64,000 nt of DNA from Pyrinomonadaceae bacterium. GTDB lineage: Bacteria; Acidobacteriota; Blastocatellia; Pyrinomonadales; Pyrinomonadaceae. Shown piece after piece: positions 22,121 to 32,146 of this stretch. The position numbers and the translations under genes were made by a program. Every line of letters begins with the position of its first letter. Positions within the stretch are counted from its first letter, which is position 1. The DNA lies in NCBI GenBank assembly GCA_046313635.1, contig JBKBYA010000002.1, forward strand, positions 224,001 through 288,000, written 5' to 3'. Below the pieces are notes generated by a model. The model was not told the origin of the DNA. It was given only the letters and a program-made list of their open reading frames with translations, and made no database searches.

Positions 22121-22621
22121 ATGATTTTTCGTCGCGCCGCGTTTCTCCCGTTGGTTGTGCTGTCGCTGCTCGTCGTGACGGCCGCGTCGTGCGCGGGCGG
22201 CGATGCCGATACCGGTCCGTCCAACACTTCGGTGCAGGCGGCGAACGCGAATACAGATTCTGCGCGGACCAATGTCGAGGAGCTCGGGATGCTCGTCAAC
22301 GTGCCCTATGAAAGCGAAGAGGTCTTTTGGAAAGAGGACGCGGGGCGCAAGCGGCTCGTCGCGGTGCTGATGTTCCCAAGCTCCGAGGCCGAGCGGCTCG
22401 TCGCCGACGCCGCGAAGCTGCGTGCTCCCGAGCCGGTGAGCATGACGCCCGAGAGCTGGTTCCCGCCGGAGCTCGTCGCGCAGGGTGAGATGAGCGGCGA
22501 CAGTACGATAAAGGGGCAGGCTTACGCCGCCGACGCCTTTCTCCAGCCGCCGTACAGCGAGGGCCGCATCGCGCGGATCGACGGAACGGACTACTTCGTG
22601 CTGGAGGTCTTTGCGCGATAG
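22121..22621 (+). CDS. Hypothetical lipoprotein
   Basis: Hydrophobic N-terminus ending AASC, Asn-rich linker, globular remainder. Confidence 0.7.
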   Translation: MIFRRAAFLPLVVLSLLVVTAASCAGGDADTGPSNTSVQAANANTDSARTNVEELGMLVNVPYESEEVFWKEDAGRKRLVAVLMFPSSEAERLVADAAKLRAPEPVSMTPESWFPPELVAQGEMSGDSTIKGQAYAADAFLQPPYSEGRIARIDGTDYFVLEVFAR

Positions 22622-22628
22622 CCGGTGC

Positions 22629-23990
22629 TCAGCCTTTTGAGCCTTCGTATCTTTTTAATTTCCGATACAGCGTAGAGAGATCGATGCCGAGTATCTCCGC
22701 GGCCCGGCCCTTGTCGCGGTCAACCGACTCGAGCACGTCGTAGATATATCGCCGCTCGACCTCGTCCAGTGTGGGGCGCATCCCGTCGACGTCGCGGATG
22801 ACGATAGCACCGTTGACCGACGCTCGCACCTTTGGCGGCAGGTCGTCGAGAGTGATCAGATCAGAACTGAGAATGAACGCACGTTCGACCGCGTTCTCGA
22901 GCTCGCGGACGTTGCCAGGCCAGCTGTAGTTGACGAGGGCGGTCATCGCCTCGGGCGAGATGCTCTTTTCGCTGCACCTTTGCCTGCGGGCCGCGGCCGT
23001 GGCAAAGTGCCTCGCCAAGAGAGGTATGTCGTCGCGGCGCTCGCGCAGCGGCGGTATCGATATCTCGACGACGTTGAGACGGTAAAACAGATCGTCGCGA
23101 AATCGTCCGGCCGCGACCTCGTCCTCGAGATCGCGATTTGTCGCCGCGATTATCCGGGCGTCAAACTTCTCCGCCCGTGACGCGCCGACCGGCGTTACTT
23201 CAAATTCCTGCAGCGCACGCAGCAGCTTGACCTGCAGCGTCGCCGGCATCTCGCCCACCTCGTCGAGAAACAATGTGCCGCCCGACGCCGAGCGAAACAG
23301 TCCGGGCTTGTCCCTGTACGCCCCGGTGAACGCTCCCCGTTTGTGCCCGAACAGCTCGCTCTCGAGCAGAGACTCGGGCAGCGCTCCGCAGTTGATGGCG
23401 AGGAATGGCCGGCCCGAGCGTTCGCTGTTGAAATGTATCGAGCGCGCGACGAGCTCCTTGCCGGTACCGCTCTCGCCCTGCAGCAGAACGTTGGCTCCGG
23501 TGGACGCGACCTTTCTGACGAGATCGAAGACGCTCCGCAGCCCATCGCTTTGGCCGACGATCTCTGAAAAGTCGTACCGCCCGCTAAGCTCGCGCCGGAG
23601 CAGTCGATTCTCTCTGAAGAGCTCGCGATGCGCGACGCCGTTCTTGACGGACTGCACGATGTCCTCGTTGACGAAGGGCTTGGTGATGTAGTCGTACGCT
23701 CCCTTGCGCAGCGCCGCGATCGCCGAGTCGACCGACGAGTAGGCCGTCATCACGATCACGATCGCGTCGGGCTCGAGCGATTTGATCCGGTCGAGCAGGT
23801 CGAGCCCGTCGCGGCCGCCCATTCGAATGTCGGTGAGCGTGACGGCAACGTCGGCGGTGCCAAAGATCTCGAGCGCCGTCTCGGCGCTGTCGGCGGTGAG
23901 TACCGAGTAGCCCTCGGCCTCGAGCAGCTCGCGCAGTATTCGGCGCATCAACTCTTCGTCCTCGACGAGCAAAACGTTATGCTGAGGCAT
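22629..23990 (-). CDS. Sigma54-dependent response regulator (NtrC/AtoC family: REC, AAA+, Fis-type HTH)
   Basis: VLLVEDE, TDIRM, GESGTGKE, ESELFGHKRGAFTGA, LFLDEVGEM, WPGNVRELEN, AAEILGIDLSTLYRKL. Confidence 0.92.
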   Translation of the reverse strand: MPQHNVLLVEDEELMRRILRELLEAEGYSVLTADSAETALEIFGTADVAVTLTDIRMGGRDGLDLLDRIKSLEPDAIVIVMTAYSSVDSAIAALRKGAYDYITKPFVNEDIVQSVKNGVAHRELFRENRLLRRELSGRYDFSEIVGQSDGLRSVFDLVRKVASTGANVLLQGESGTGKELVARSIHFNSERSGRPFLAINCGALPESLLESELFGHKRGAFTGAYRDKPGLFRSASGGTLFLDEVGEMPATLQVKLLRALQEFEVTPVGASRAEKFDARIIAATNRDLEDEVAAGRFRDDLFYRLNVVEISIPPLRERRDDIPLLARHFATAAARRQRCSEKSISPEAMTALVNYSWPGNVRELENAVERAFILSSDLITLDDLPPKVRASVNGAIVIRDVDGMRPTLDEVERRYIYDVLESVDRDKGRAAEILGIDLSTLYRKLKRYEGSKG

Positions 23991-24121
23991 AGGGCACATC
24001 GGCTGTGAAGCGGCTCGATTGGTAAGTCTAGCACACGCTTTTTTTTGAAAAAGGTCATTCGTGATAGCATCGACGTAAAGTTCGCGAGACTCTCAGACCC
24101 TGTAAAAAGATCGACCAAGAA

Positions 24122-26617
24122 ATGCGGTACGCCACAATCTCGATCCTTGTCCTGACGGCGTGCCTCCTCTCGTCCACGGCCCTCGGCCAGCAGACAAATC
24201 CGGTGGAGCGGCAGGTGGCTAACCCGATCACCGACACGCCCAACGTCAACCCCGTCGCCAACCCCAACGCAACGCCGAAGCCGCGCCCGACCGTCGAGCC
24301 CGAGGGCGGCGACGGGGAAGTTGTCGTCTATTCGACCCGTCAAACCGTCGAGGGCGACGCGGGCAAGCGGATCGTCGTTCACGAGGGCAATGTCGACGTT
24401 CGCTTCGGCGTCTATCGCCTGCAGGCCGACAAGGTGACGATCTACGAGGCCGAGAACAAAATGGTCGCCGAGGGCAGCGTCGTCTTTGACAAGGGCGACG
24501 ACGAGCGCATCACCGGAGCCCGCGGCGTCTGGAACTACAAGACAAAGCTCGGATCATTCGAGGACTCGACCGGATTTACGAACCAGACCAACGACGGAAC
24601 GGTCATCTACTTTCAGGCCGAGCGCGTCGAGCGCGTGTCGCTCGACGAGATCGTCGTCAGCAAAGGCAAATTCACCGCGTGCGACGAGGCCGTGCCGAAG
24701 TGGAGCTTTACCGCCGACGAGGCGCGTATCAAGATCAACGACCGCGTCAAACTCAAGGGAGCCAAATTTCGCGTCAAGGACGTCGCACTGCTCGCACTGC
24801 CGTACGCTTCGATCCCTATCAAGAAGCGCGATCGAGCGTCGGGGTTTCTGACGCCGACCGTCGGCTACTCGGCCAACAAAGGCCTGCGCGTCTCGAACGC
24901 GTACTATCTCACGCTCGGCCGATCGGCCGACATGACCGTCCGCGGCGATCTCTACTCGGGCCGCGGCGTCGGCTACGGCCTCGACTTTCGGACGCGTGCG
25001 AATTCGCGATCTTTTCTGGATTTCGGGTTTTACGCCGTAAAGGACAGGATCTTTGGGCCAGGGCCCGACGCAGAGCATCCTGACCAGGGCGGATCGATCG
25101 TCTACGCCGAGGGCGTGCATTACTTCCCAAACGGTTTTACCGCGGCCGTCGACGTCAGGCTGACGTCAAACCTCGCCTTCCGGCAGGTCTTTTCCGACGG
25201 CATTCAGCAGATCATCTCGCCGATCGAGGTGTCGCAGGGCTTTGTTAACAAGAGCTGGCGCAATTACACGCTCGACCTGCTCGCCCGCTCGCAGGTGATC
25301 TCGATCCCGAACGTGCGCATCAAGACGCGCAACCTGCCGAGCGTGAATTTTGAAAAGCGGCCGTCGCTCATCGCACGCGCCTTCCCGGCGTACTTCTCCT
25401 TTCGCACGAGCCTCGAGGGGACGGCGCGCCGCGAAGAGGTGGACGACATCGCGCTCTACCGAGCGCGCAACGGCAGCGATCCGACCGTTTCGCCCGCGGT
25501 GGCTCAGCGCTTCGACATTTACCCGCAGTTCATCCTGCCGCTGAGCACAAAGTACTTTAACTTTACGGCGTCGGCCGCCGGGCGGATGACGTACTACTCA
25601 AACTCGTTTGACGACCTTCGCCGCGTCGTCGGCCGCGACGTGATCAGAAAGTACGGCGAATTCACGTTCGACCTTCGTCCCGTCGCGCTTGCACGCAACT
25701 TTTACGGGCGGGCGGGCAGCTTCCGCTTTCGTCACGTGATCGAGCCCTTTGTGACGTATCGCTTCATCAAGGGCATCGACAATTTTAACCGGATCATTCG
25801 CTTTGATTCGCTCGATACGATCACCGACACCAACGAGATCGAGTACGGAGTGACCAACCGCATATACACTCGCCGCTACGCCGAGGCCGTCACCGACGAA
25901 GCGCAAAAGCGTCTGCAGACGCTGCCGGCCGACCAGCGCTCGCCGCTTGCGGCACAGCCGTACGAGATCTTTAGCCTGACGGTGCGGGGAAAGTATTTCT
26001 TTGACAAGACCTTTGGCGGAGCGCTCGTGCCCGGCCGCCGCAACCAGATCGAGCCGGTCACGGCGCTGACGTTCTACACATTTGGCGGCGTGCCGCGTCG
26101 ATTCTCTCCGCTCAGCATCGACGCGTCGTACAGGCCGCAGAGGACCGTCGTCGTCAATTCGCGGATGGACGTCGGTGTTGTCGGCGACGGCATACGTGCC
26201 GCGTCGGCGGCGATCGGGTACGACACCAAGCTGCTCAAGGTCTTTCAGACCTTTTACTACACTCGCGCGGTTACGCTGATCCCTTCGCTCGCGCGATACG
26301 CCGATGCCGCGGGCAAGGAGGCCGGGACGCTCCGCGGCTCGCAATGGAGCCCCAGCGTCTTTATGGGCAGCCGCGACAAGGGATGGTATGGCGGCACGTC
26401 GCTCTTTTTCGATTTTGAGAATCGACGCGCCGCGCGGCTCTCGCCTCTGATCAGCTCGCTGTACACGCTCGGCTACGCGTACGACTGCTGCTCGCTGGCG
26501 CTGCAGTACTACACCTTCAACGTTGGCGCCCGCAACGAGAATCGGGTCGTCTTCAGCTTTCGTCTTAACGGCATCGGCTCATTCGGCACCGAGCAGTTCG
26601 GCCAGCGTCTGCGGTAG
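24122..26617 (+). CDS. lptD: LPS-assembly outer-membrane protein LptD
   Basis: Signal peptide, OstA-like N-domain (RLQADKVTIY, FTACD...W), RASGFLTP motif, beta-barrel C-terminus with YDCC and FSFRLNGIG. Confidence 0.85.
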   Translation: MRYATISILVLTACLLSSTALGQQTNPVERQVANPITDTPNVNPVANPNATPKPRPTVEPEGGDGEVVVYSTRQTVEGDAGKRIVVHEGNVDVRFGVYRLQADKVTIYEAENKMVAEGSVVFDKGDDERITGARGVWNYKTKLGSFEDSTGFTNQTNDGTVIYFQAERVERVSLDEIVVSKGKFTACDEAVPKWSFTADEARIKINDRVKLKGAKFRVKDVALLALPYASIPIKKRDRASGFLTPTVGYSANKGLRVSNAYYLTLGRSADMTVRGDLYSGRGVGYGLDFRTRANSRSFLDFGFYAVKDRIFGPGPDAEHPDQGGSIVYAEGVHYFPNGFTAAVDVRLTSNLAFRQVFSDGIQQIISPIEVSQGFVNKSWRNYTLDLLARSQVISIPNVRIKTRNLPSVNFEKRPSLIARAFPAYFSFRTSLEGTARREEVDDIALYRARNGSDPTVSPAVAQRFDIYPQFILPLSTKYFNFTASAAGRMTYYSNSFDDLRRVVGRDVIRKYGEFTFDLRPVALARNFYGRAGSFRFRHVIEPFVTYRFIKGIDNFNRIIRFDSLDTITDTNEIEYGVTNRIYTRRYAEAVTDEAQKRLQTLPADQRSPLAAQPYEIFSLTVRGKYFFDKTFGGALVPGRRNQIEPVTALTFYTFGGVPRRFSPLSIDASYRPQRTVVVNSRMDVGVVGDGIRAASAAIGYDTKLLKVFQTFYYTRAVTLIPSLARYADAAGKEAGTLRGSQWSPSVFMGSRDKGWYGGTSLFFDFENRRAARLSPLISSLYTLGYAYDCCSLALQYYTFNVGARNENRVVFSFRLNGIGSFGTEQFGQRLR

Positions 26618-26619
26618 CG

Positions 26620-29568
26620 TCACGCCTTATTCGACGGCGCGGCAACGAATTTCGACTGCCGCCGGCCGTTGACGTGCACGCGTCTGCGGGCCGCCGCCGC
26701 AGGCTCGCTCACGCTGCGGCGGAGGGTGTCGAAGAGGTCCTCGATATCCTTTGGCCGGCTGTCGCGTATGATCTCGTTCATCGTCAGAAAGCCCAGCGTC
26801 CTGTACGCCTCGAACTGCTTTTCGTCGTACATCTGATCGCCGGTCGACTGGTGAGGGAAGTGCTGGTTGGCCTCGGCGTAGTACCGCACGTCGCGCGGCT
26901 CGGTCGTGCCGTAATACGTCGGCCGCGTGTACAACAGCCAACCGCGAATGTTCTCGCCTGCCGCGTCCTTTTCGGGATAGACGATCTCGGCGAGAGCAAA
27001 CCTCGAACGCCTGATCTCGCCCTCCTCTTTGCTGTACCGGCCGTAGATATTCATCGCCCCGACGAAGTTTATGTCGACGCCGAGATCGACCTTGCACTTC
27101 TGTATCGCGTTCGCGATCTCGCCGAACTTGAACGCTTCGTCGGCCGCTCCGTCGCTCAGCACGATGAAACGGCACCGGCGGAGGACCATCTCGTACAGTG
27201 CGAGATTCTCAAAGTGCCCGCCGTCGGTCACGTTCAGAAATCTCTTGCGCTCGTTCGTCCGGCCAAACATCTCGTTCAGCAGCGGCAAAACCGCGATCGA
27301 CGGACTTGATCTTTGATAGAAGCGGCGCGGGCCGCGGCCAAAGCGATCATAGGCCGACCCGGCCTCGCCCGTATTGCCGAGCCACCAGCCGAGCCGGATA
27401 TTGAAGAGCGCCATGAGAAAGGTCACGAGCGGCGATGAATAGTAGCCCATGTTGGGATTGGCCGCCGCGCCCGAGATCGCCATTGCGGTCCCGAGACGGA
27501 GCGACTTGCCGGAGCTGGAGCTGATCGAATACCGAGACGTCGGCCGGTAACCTTTGACGGCCGCGCTCCCGCAGTGGAGCGGCGTCATCGTAAAGCTCGC
27601 GGCCTTTCGCTTTTGCCACGCCAGATTTTTGCCGTTGACCAAGTTTACGGTGGCGTTGATGACGTGCAGCGGCCGCTGATGCGCGAGGCGACACAATTCG
27701 ATGTTGTCGGTCGGGTCAAATCCGATGAATGGATGGGGCACTCTGAACCTGTTCGACGCTCCGAGGTACGCGCGGACGAGTCGATCGCGATACGCGCCGT
27801 GCAGCGAGAATTTGTTCACGTTGACAAAACAGCCCATCAGGCAGCCCGTCCCGCCGAGCACGACGAGGGCCCCTGAGAGCATCAGGAACGATGACTGCCG
27901 CAGAACTGAGACGTGGCCGGCGGCGCCCGTCATCTGCCCAAATACAAGTGAGGTGACATAAGCCAGCCCGATCAAAATGAATGTCAGAAGGATCACGGCC
28001 CCGACGGTCGGCGCGTAGTCGAGGAAACGGGAGATCCTTGACCGCGTCGGCTCGGGCCGCACATGGGAACGTTCGGAAAAGCCGCCGCCCAGGGCCAGCA
28101 TCGCGGACACCGCCGCCGCAGCCGACGAGATCATCGCGGGCAGTCCGTCAAGACTGAATGCTCCGCCGCGCCGCAGAAGCGCGACCATCTTTTCGACGAT
28201 CGTCGGGCCGAAGAGCACAAGCGCGGCAAGCACTATCCAGCCGGCGGCGACGATCAGCACCCACGCGCCGTAGCGTGCGAGCCACTCGCGGTCTTCGTCC
28301 TTTATCAACCGGCTCGAAAGGCCGACAAACAGCGTCGCGGCCGCGAGTACCACCACGAGGAACAAAGGCACGGACAGCGTGACGTAAAGCTCCCGGCGAG
28401 ACCCGGCCAAGTCGCCGAGGAGGCTGTCGATGGTCTCGGGCCGCAGCAGCTTTTGCGTCACCGCCCAGAGGAGCACCGCTCCGGCCGCGCCCGATGCCAA
28501 CACCGCGAGGCTCGGCCTTATCTCTACCCTGCGAAGACCGTTGAAGGCAATAAAGGTCGCCGAGCCGGCCGCGTAGGCCACGCCCACCGCCGCCAAAAAG
28601 AACCAGAGGCTGTCGTAGCCGCCGACCGACGGGTGCCACCCAAAAAGGCCGTGGTCCGGCATCGAGCTGTGACCCTGATAATGCCACGCCCAGACGATGA
28701 CGGCCGCGAGGGCCGAAACCACGAGAGGCGCGACGCCGCATACGAGCACGCCCGCGTCGGAGTCGGTAAAGCGCGTAACGACCTTGTCGGCGTGTACGCC
28801 TGTTTTCGCCGACCGGCCGCTGCGGCTGGGCAGCTTGCCGACGACGAACGCCATCGCGACGGAGCCGAGGAGGATCGACGAGACCACGAGCAGCGATTCG
28901 AGGTACTGAATGTCGTGGTCCTGGCCCACTGTCATAAAGACAAAACGCGGCAGCAGCAGCACGGCCGCGAGCAGCGGGACAAAGATCGACAGATTCAGCG
29001 CCAAATTGCGCAGATAGATGGCGATCAGCGTCCACGTGTCGGCCGACATAAGGCCGGTGCGCGGGCTCATATAGTTGCTGTATTCACGCAGGTGCTCGAG
29101 CTGCTTCGGTTCAGGGTTGGGGTCGTCGGCGCCGCTGATGGGATTGCAGTTTATCGTCTCCTGGATCTTTTTGATCCCACGGGTAGTATCGTGAGTGCCG
29201 GAGTTTCCGCTGTCTGTCGACTGATTCTCGCGATAGGCCCAGGTCGAGAGCCAGGAGCCGAGGTAGCCGCCGCCGGAGACGGTCGAGAGGTAGTCAAAAT
29301 TGTCGAGCAGCTTGTGCTTGGCGAGAGCTTGGATGATGCCGAGACCGAAGGTCGCGCTCCTGATGCCGCCGCCCGAAAAGCAGAGCGCCGTGAGCTTGCT
29401 CTCATGCAGAGCGGTAAAGACGGATGCAAGGTCCACCGCCGCGGCATCGGTCTCGTCGGGCGGGCGACGTTCGCCGTCGTCCGAGGCGGCGCGGCTGCGT
29501 TTCACGCTTGCGAGTTCGGCGGCGAGCACCTCGGCGAGGTTGAGAGGCTTTTCGTTATGGTCGTTCAT
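26620..29568 (-). CDS. Patatin/cPLA2-like phospholipase interrupted by a large multi-pass membrane region
   Basis: ALCFSGGGIRSA (oxyanion), YLSTVSGGGY (catalytic Ser), roughly ten hydrophobic helices, then AMAISGAAANP and VTDGGHFENL (catalytic Asp). Confidence 0.85.
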   Translation of the reverse strand: MNDHNEKPLNLAEVLAAELASVKRSRAASDDGERRPPDETDAAAVDLASVFTALHESKLTALCFSGGGIRSATFGLGIIQALAKHKLLDNFDYLSTVSGGGYLGSWLSTWAYRENQSTDSGNSGTHDTTRGIKKIQETINCNPISGADDPNPEPKQLEHLREYSNYMSPRTGLMSADTWTLIAIYLRNLALNLSIFVPLLAAVLLLPRFVFMTVGQDHDIQYLESLLVVSSILLGSVAMAFVVGKLPSRSGRSAKTGVHADKVVTRFTDSDAGVLVCGVAPLVVSALAAVIVWAWHYQGHSSMPDHGLFGWHPSVGGYDSLWFFLAAVGVAYAAGSATFIAFNGLRRVEIRPSLAVLASGAAGAVLLWAVTQKLLRPETIDSLLGDLAGSRRELYVTLSVPLFLVVVLAAATLFVGLSSRLIKDEDREWLARYGAWVLIVAAGWIVLAALVLFGPTIVEKMVALLRRGGAFSLDGLPAMISSAAAAVSAMLALGGGFSERSHVRPEPTRSRISRFLDYAPTVGAVILLTFILIGLAYVTSLVFGQMTGAAGHVSVLRQSSFLMLSGALVVLGGTGCLMGCFVNVNKFSLHGAYRDRLVRAYLGASNRFRVPHPFIGFDPTDNIELCRLAHQRPLHVINATVNLVNGKNLAWQKRKAASFTMTPLHCGSAAVKGYRPTSRYSISSSSGKSLRLGTAMAISGAAANPNMGYYSSPLVTFLMALFNIRLGWWLGNTGEAGSAYDRFGRGPRRFYQRSSPSIAVLPLLNEMFGRTNERKRFLNVTDGGHFENLALYEMVLRRCRFIVLSDGAADEAFKFGEIANAIQKCKVDLGVDINFVGAMNIYGRYSKEEGEIRRSRFALAEIVYPEKDAAGENIRGWLLYTRPTYYGTTEPRDVRYYAEANQHFPHQSTGDQMYDEKQFEAYRTLGFLTMNEIIRDSRPKDIEDLFDTLRRSVSEPAAAARRRVHVNGRRQSKFVAAPSNKA

Positions 29569-29604
29569 ATCTTGCAGCGGCGGCCCGTGCGATGACCGCG
29601 AGGT

Positions 29605-32112
29605 TTACGAGAGCGCGATCAGCATTTCGGCCGATCGAAACGTCAGGTCGTTCCGGTCCGAGACGATCCTCTGCTCGAGCTCGGCGGTGAGTCCATTCAG
29701 CAGTTTAACGGCCGATGCGTTGGCCGTGTCGGTCGCGTCGGCGGCCTCGCGTCCGAGCCACAGCCGGCAGAGTCTGATGGCCCAAGGCGCGGCGAGAAAT
29801 CGGATCGAGATCTGATGCGTCATCGTCTCGCCACGCTCGTCCGTCGCGTCGATCCACACGAGCGCGGCCGAATCCGGCGGAAAGGTTTCGACGGCCCGGC
29901 TGAGATGTTCTGCCACCGCAGCGCGCAGCTCCGCCGGCACCGGCCGCCCTATCTCGGCGTAGGCCTCGAGCATCGTCGCCATTATCTGAAAGTCCGCAGC
30001 GTCGTCCTCGATCTCGGTATCGGTATCGCCGTCGATCGACTGCCAGCCGCCGTCGGCCGGCCGGTACGAGCGCTCGAGCCAGTTGAGGGCCGAGTCGATC
30101 ATCCGGTCGCGGTCTTGCGCCGGCCAATCGAGCCCCGCGCGGCGAAGCTCGAGCAGGGCGAGGAGGCCGAGCGCCGTCGTGTAAGCGCTGTGTCGCCGCA
30201 GGTCGACCTGGTTGGCAAGCACGTTGAATCCGATCAGGTCGTCGGCGTCGGCGACGATAAAATTGCTGCCTGAGAGATACGTCATTACCGCAGCGGCACG
30301 TGCGGTCAATAGATCTCGTGTCGGTTTGTCGATATCCGAGCGCTGGAGCATCCGGCCTATCGCCGCGAGCGTCCACAGCGCGGGGTCGGCCTGCAGGTGC
30401 GGCTGGCCCGGGCGCGTGTGCCAGCCCCCGGCCGCCGGCACCCGATCGGTCACGCGCCGCGTCGACGGCGGCTTGAAGCGGTCATCCAGAGCGTCGGCCA
30501 GGAATCGCAGGTCGGAGGGTCTCAGATGGCCGCTCTTGAGCAGAGCGTACGCCGTCTGCGACGTGGACCATGTCTCGACCGGTTGGCGCCCGGCCGGATC
30601 GGACGCGAACGCCTTGCCTTCGCCGGCGGCGAGCCGCCGCTCCCACAGCAGCTCGGCATAACGCCGCGCGAAGCGGCCGGCCGCGTCGCCGGCGCGAAAC
30701 CCCGACAGGCTGGCTTGGGCAGATCGACCCGGGCCCTCAACCTCGGGCGGTACCGGCGTCGCTTCAAGCAGCGTGAGCATCACAGGGAGGACGAAAACGA
30801 GTCCCGCGGCGGCGGCAAGGGTCGAGGCAAAAAAATAGGTCGCCGAGTCGCGGTGCGAGACGAATCGATACTTTCTATTCGCGGAGCGGCCGAGCTGGCG
30901 CAGCACTTTATCTGCCAGATCGTCGCTTCCGTTTGTGAGCGCGCGGGCAAGCCGGTCGCGCGATCTCGGGATCGGGTCCCAGGGCGAACGCGGTAGTGCG
31001 GCCGCGGCGGCGTCCGGTGGACGGCCGTTCGACGAGCTCGCGGGCGGCAGCTTGGCGCGTGCGACGCTGTAGCCGTGCCGGATAAGCGCGGCGATCTCAA
31101 GATCGGTAAAGCAGTCCAGATCGGTGCGTACCGAGCAGAGCTCGTCCTGATACTCTGTGATAAGGACCGACGGGTCGTTCTCGGGGTCGATGCGATCGAG
31201 CAGGCGCAGAAAGCGAAAAGTACATTGCGGGTTCTCCTCGTCCGCCTGCTCGGCATACTTTTTTTCAAAGTCGTAGACCCGCCTGAAAAGAATATCGGCG
31301 GCCCGGATCGGCGTCGTCAGCGGCTCGAGCAAGCTGCGGCGCGGAGCAGGCTTGAATTCGACGCTCGCGTCGCTGACGATGATCTCGCGTAGGTTGACCT
31401 TTTTCGAGTCCATCAGGTCCCAGAACTTTCGCACGCCGAGGTTGTCAAAGACGCCGCCGTCGATAAGACGAAACGTGTCTTTGCCCTTTCCGCTGTGCGG
31501 CTGAAAGGGGACCGGCGGGAACATTCCCGGAAAGGCCGACGACGCGGCGACCGCAAGACCCAGCTCCTTAAGGCCGCAGCTGTAGTCGCGGTCGCCGATA
31601 TGAAAGCCCTTATAGGTAAAGCTCGCCTGCTGGCCGTCGTCGATATTGGTCGCAAGCAGGTAGAGCATCGGACGCCGGCTGCCCTTTGCGGGAGCAAGGT
31701 TCTTGAGCTTCTTTTTCTTGAATAGGGTGTGCGAGTAGTATCGGCGGAGAATGTCTGTGGTCGAGACCCGCGTCCACCAGCCGAGAGAGTTCTCGTCGAT
31801 CAGCGGCAGGCGCCTCACCGCGACCGAGATCCAGTAGAGAGGGAAATAGAGAGGTATCCGCCGCAGGATCCTGCCGCGCACGTCGAGCTTGATAAACTCG
31901 ATAAGCTCGCTCGCGGCCGAATCGAACGACGCAGTGTCGCCATTGTAACGCTCCCAATTAAGCACGAGATGGGCCGCGGCGACGCTGCCGCCCGAGACCG
32001 AAGTGATGTGCGTGATTGTCTGCAGCTCGCCGATGTCGTAGAGATAGCGGATCACGCCGAGATGAAAAAGCGTCGCTCTGAAGCCGCCGCCCGATAATGC
32101 AAGTCCTCTCAT
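29605..32112 (-). CDS. Patatin-like phospholipase, single TM helix, C-terminal alpha/alpha-toroid (prenyltransferase/squalene-cyclase-repeat-like) domain
   Basis: GLALSGGGFRA, ITSVSGGS, AVAASSAFP, LIDGGVFDNLG; TM FFASTLAAAAGLVFVLPVMLTLL; helical repeats with GGW motifs (ALNWLERSYRPADGGW, YTTALGLLALLE). Confidence 0.8.
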   Translation of the reverse strand: MRGLALSGGGFRATLFHLGVIRYLYDIGELQTITHITSVSGGSVAAAHLVLNWERYNGDTASFDSAASELIEFIKLDVRGRILRRIPLYFPLYWISVAVRRLPLIDENSLGWWTRVSTTDILRRYYSHTLFKKKKLKNLAPAKGSRRPMLYLLATNIDDGQQASFTYKGFHIGDRDYSCGLKELGLAVAASSAFPGMFPPVPFQPHSGKGKDTFRLIDGGVFDNLGVRKFWDLMDSKKVNLREIIVSDASVEFKPAPRRSLLEPLTTPIRAADILFRRVYDFEKKYAEQADEENPQCTFRFLRLLDRIDPENDPSVLITEYQDELCSVRTDLDCFTDLEIAALIRHGYSVARAKLPPASSSNGRPPDAAAAALPRSPWDPIPRSRDRLARALTNGSDDLADKVLRQLGRSANRKYRFVSHRDSATYFFASTLAAAAGLVFVLPVMLTLLEATPVPPEVEGPGRSAQASLSGFRAGDAAGRFARRYAELLWERRLAAGEGKAFASDPAGRQPVETWSTSQTAYALLKSGHLRPSDLRFLADALDDRFKPPSTRRVTDRVPAAGGWHTRPGQPHLQADPALWTLAAIGRMLQRSDIDKPTRDLLTARAAAVMTYLSGSNFIVADADDLIGFNVLANQVDLRRHSAYTTALGLLALLELRRAGLDWPAQDRDRMIDSALNWLERSYRPADGGWQSIDGDTDTEIEDDAADFQIMATMLEAYAEIGRPVPAELRAAVAEHLSRAVETFPPDSAALVWIDATDERGETMTHQISIRFLAAPWAIRLCRLWLGREAADATDTANASAVKLLNGLTAELEQRIVSDRNDLTFRSAEMLIALS

Positions 32113-32146
32113 CCTCGTTGCTCCTCATCCGGTGCGGGCGGGCCGG

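Noticed and set aside
26620..32112. CBASS assignment based on the patatin effectors
   Set aside because: No CD-NTase, Cap2/Cap3 or cyclic-nucleotide sensor domain is recognisable, and the patatin architectures differ from CapV.
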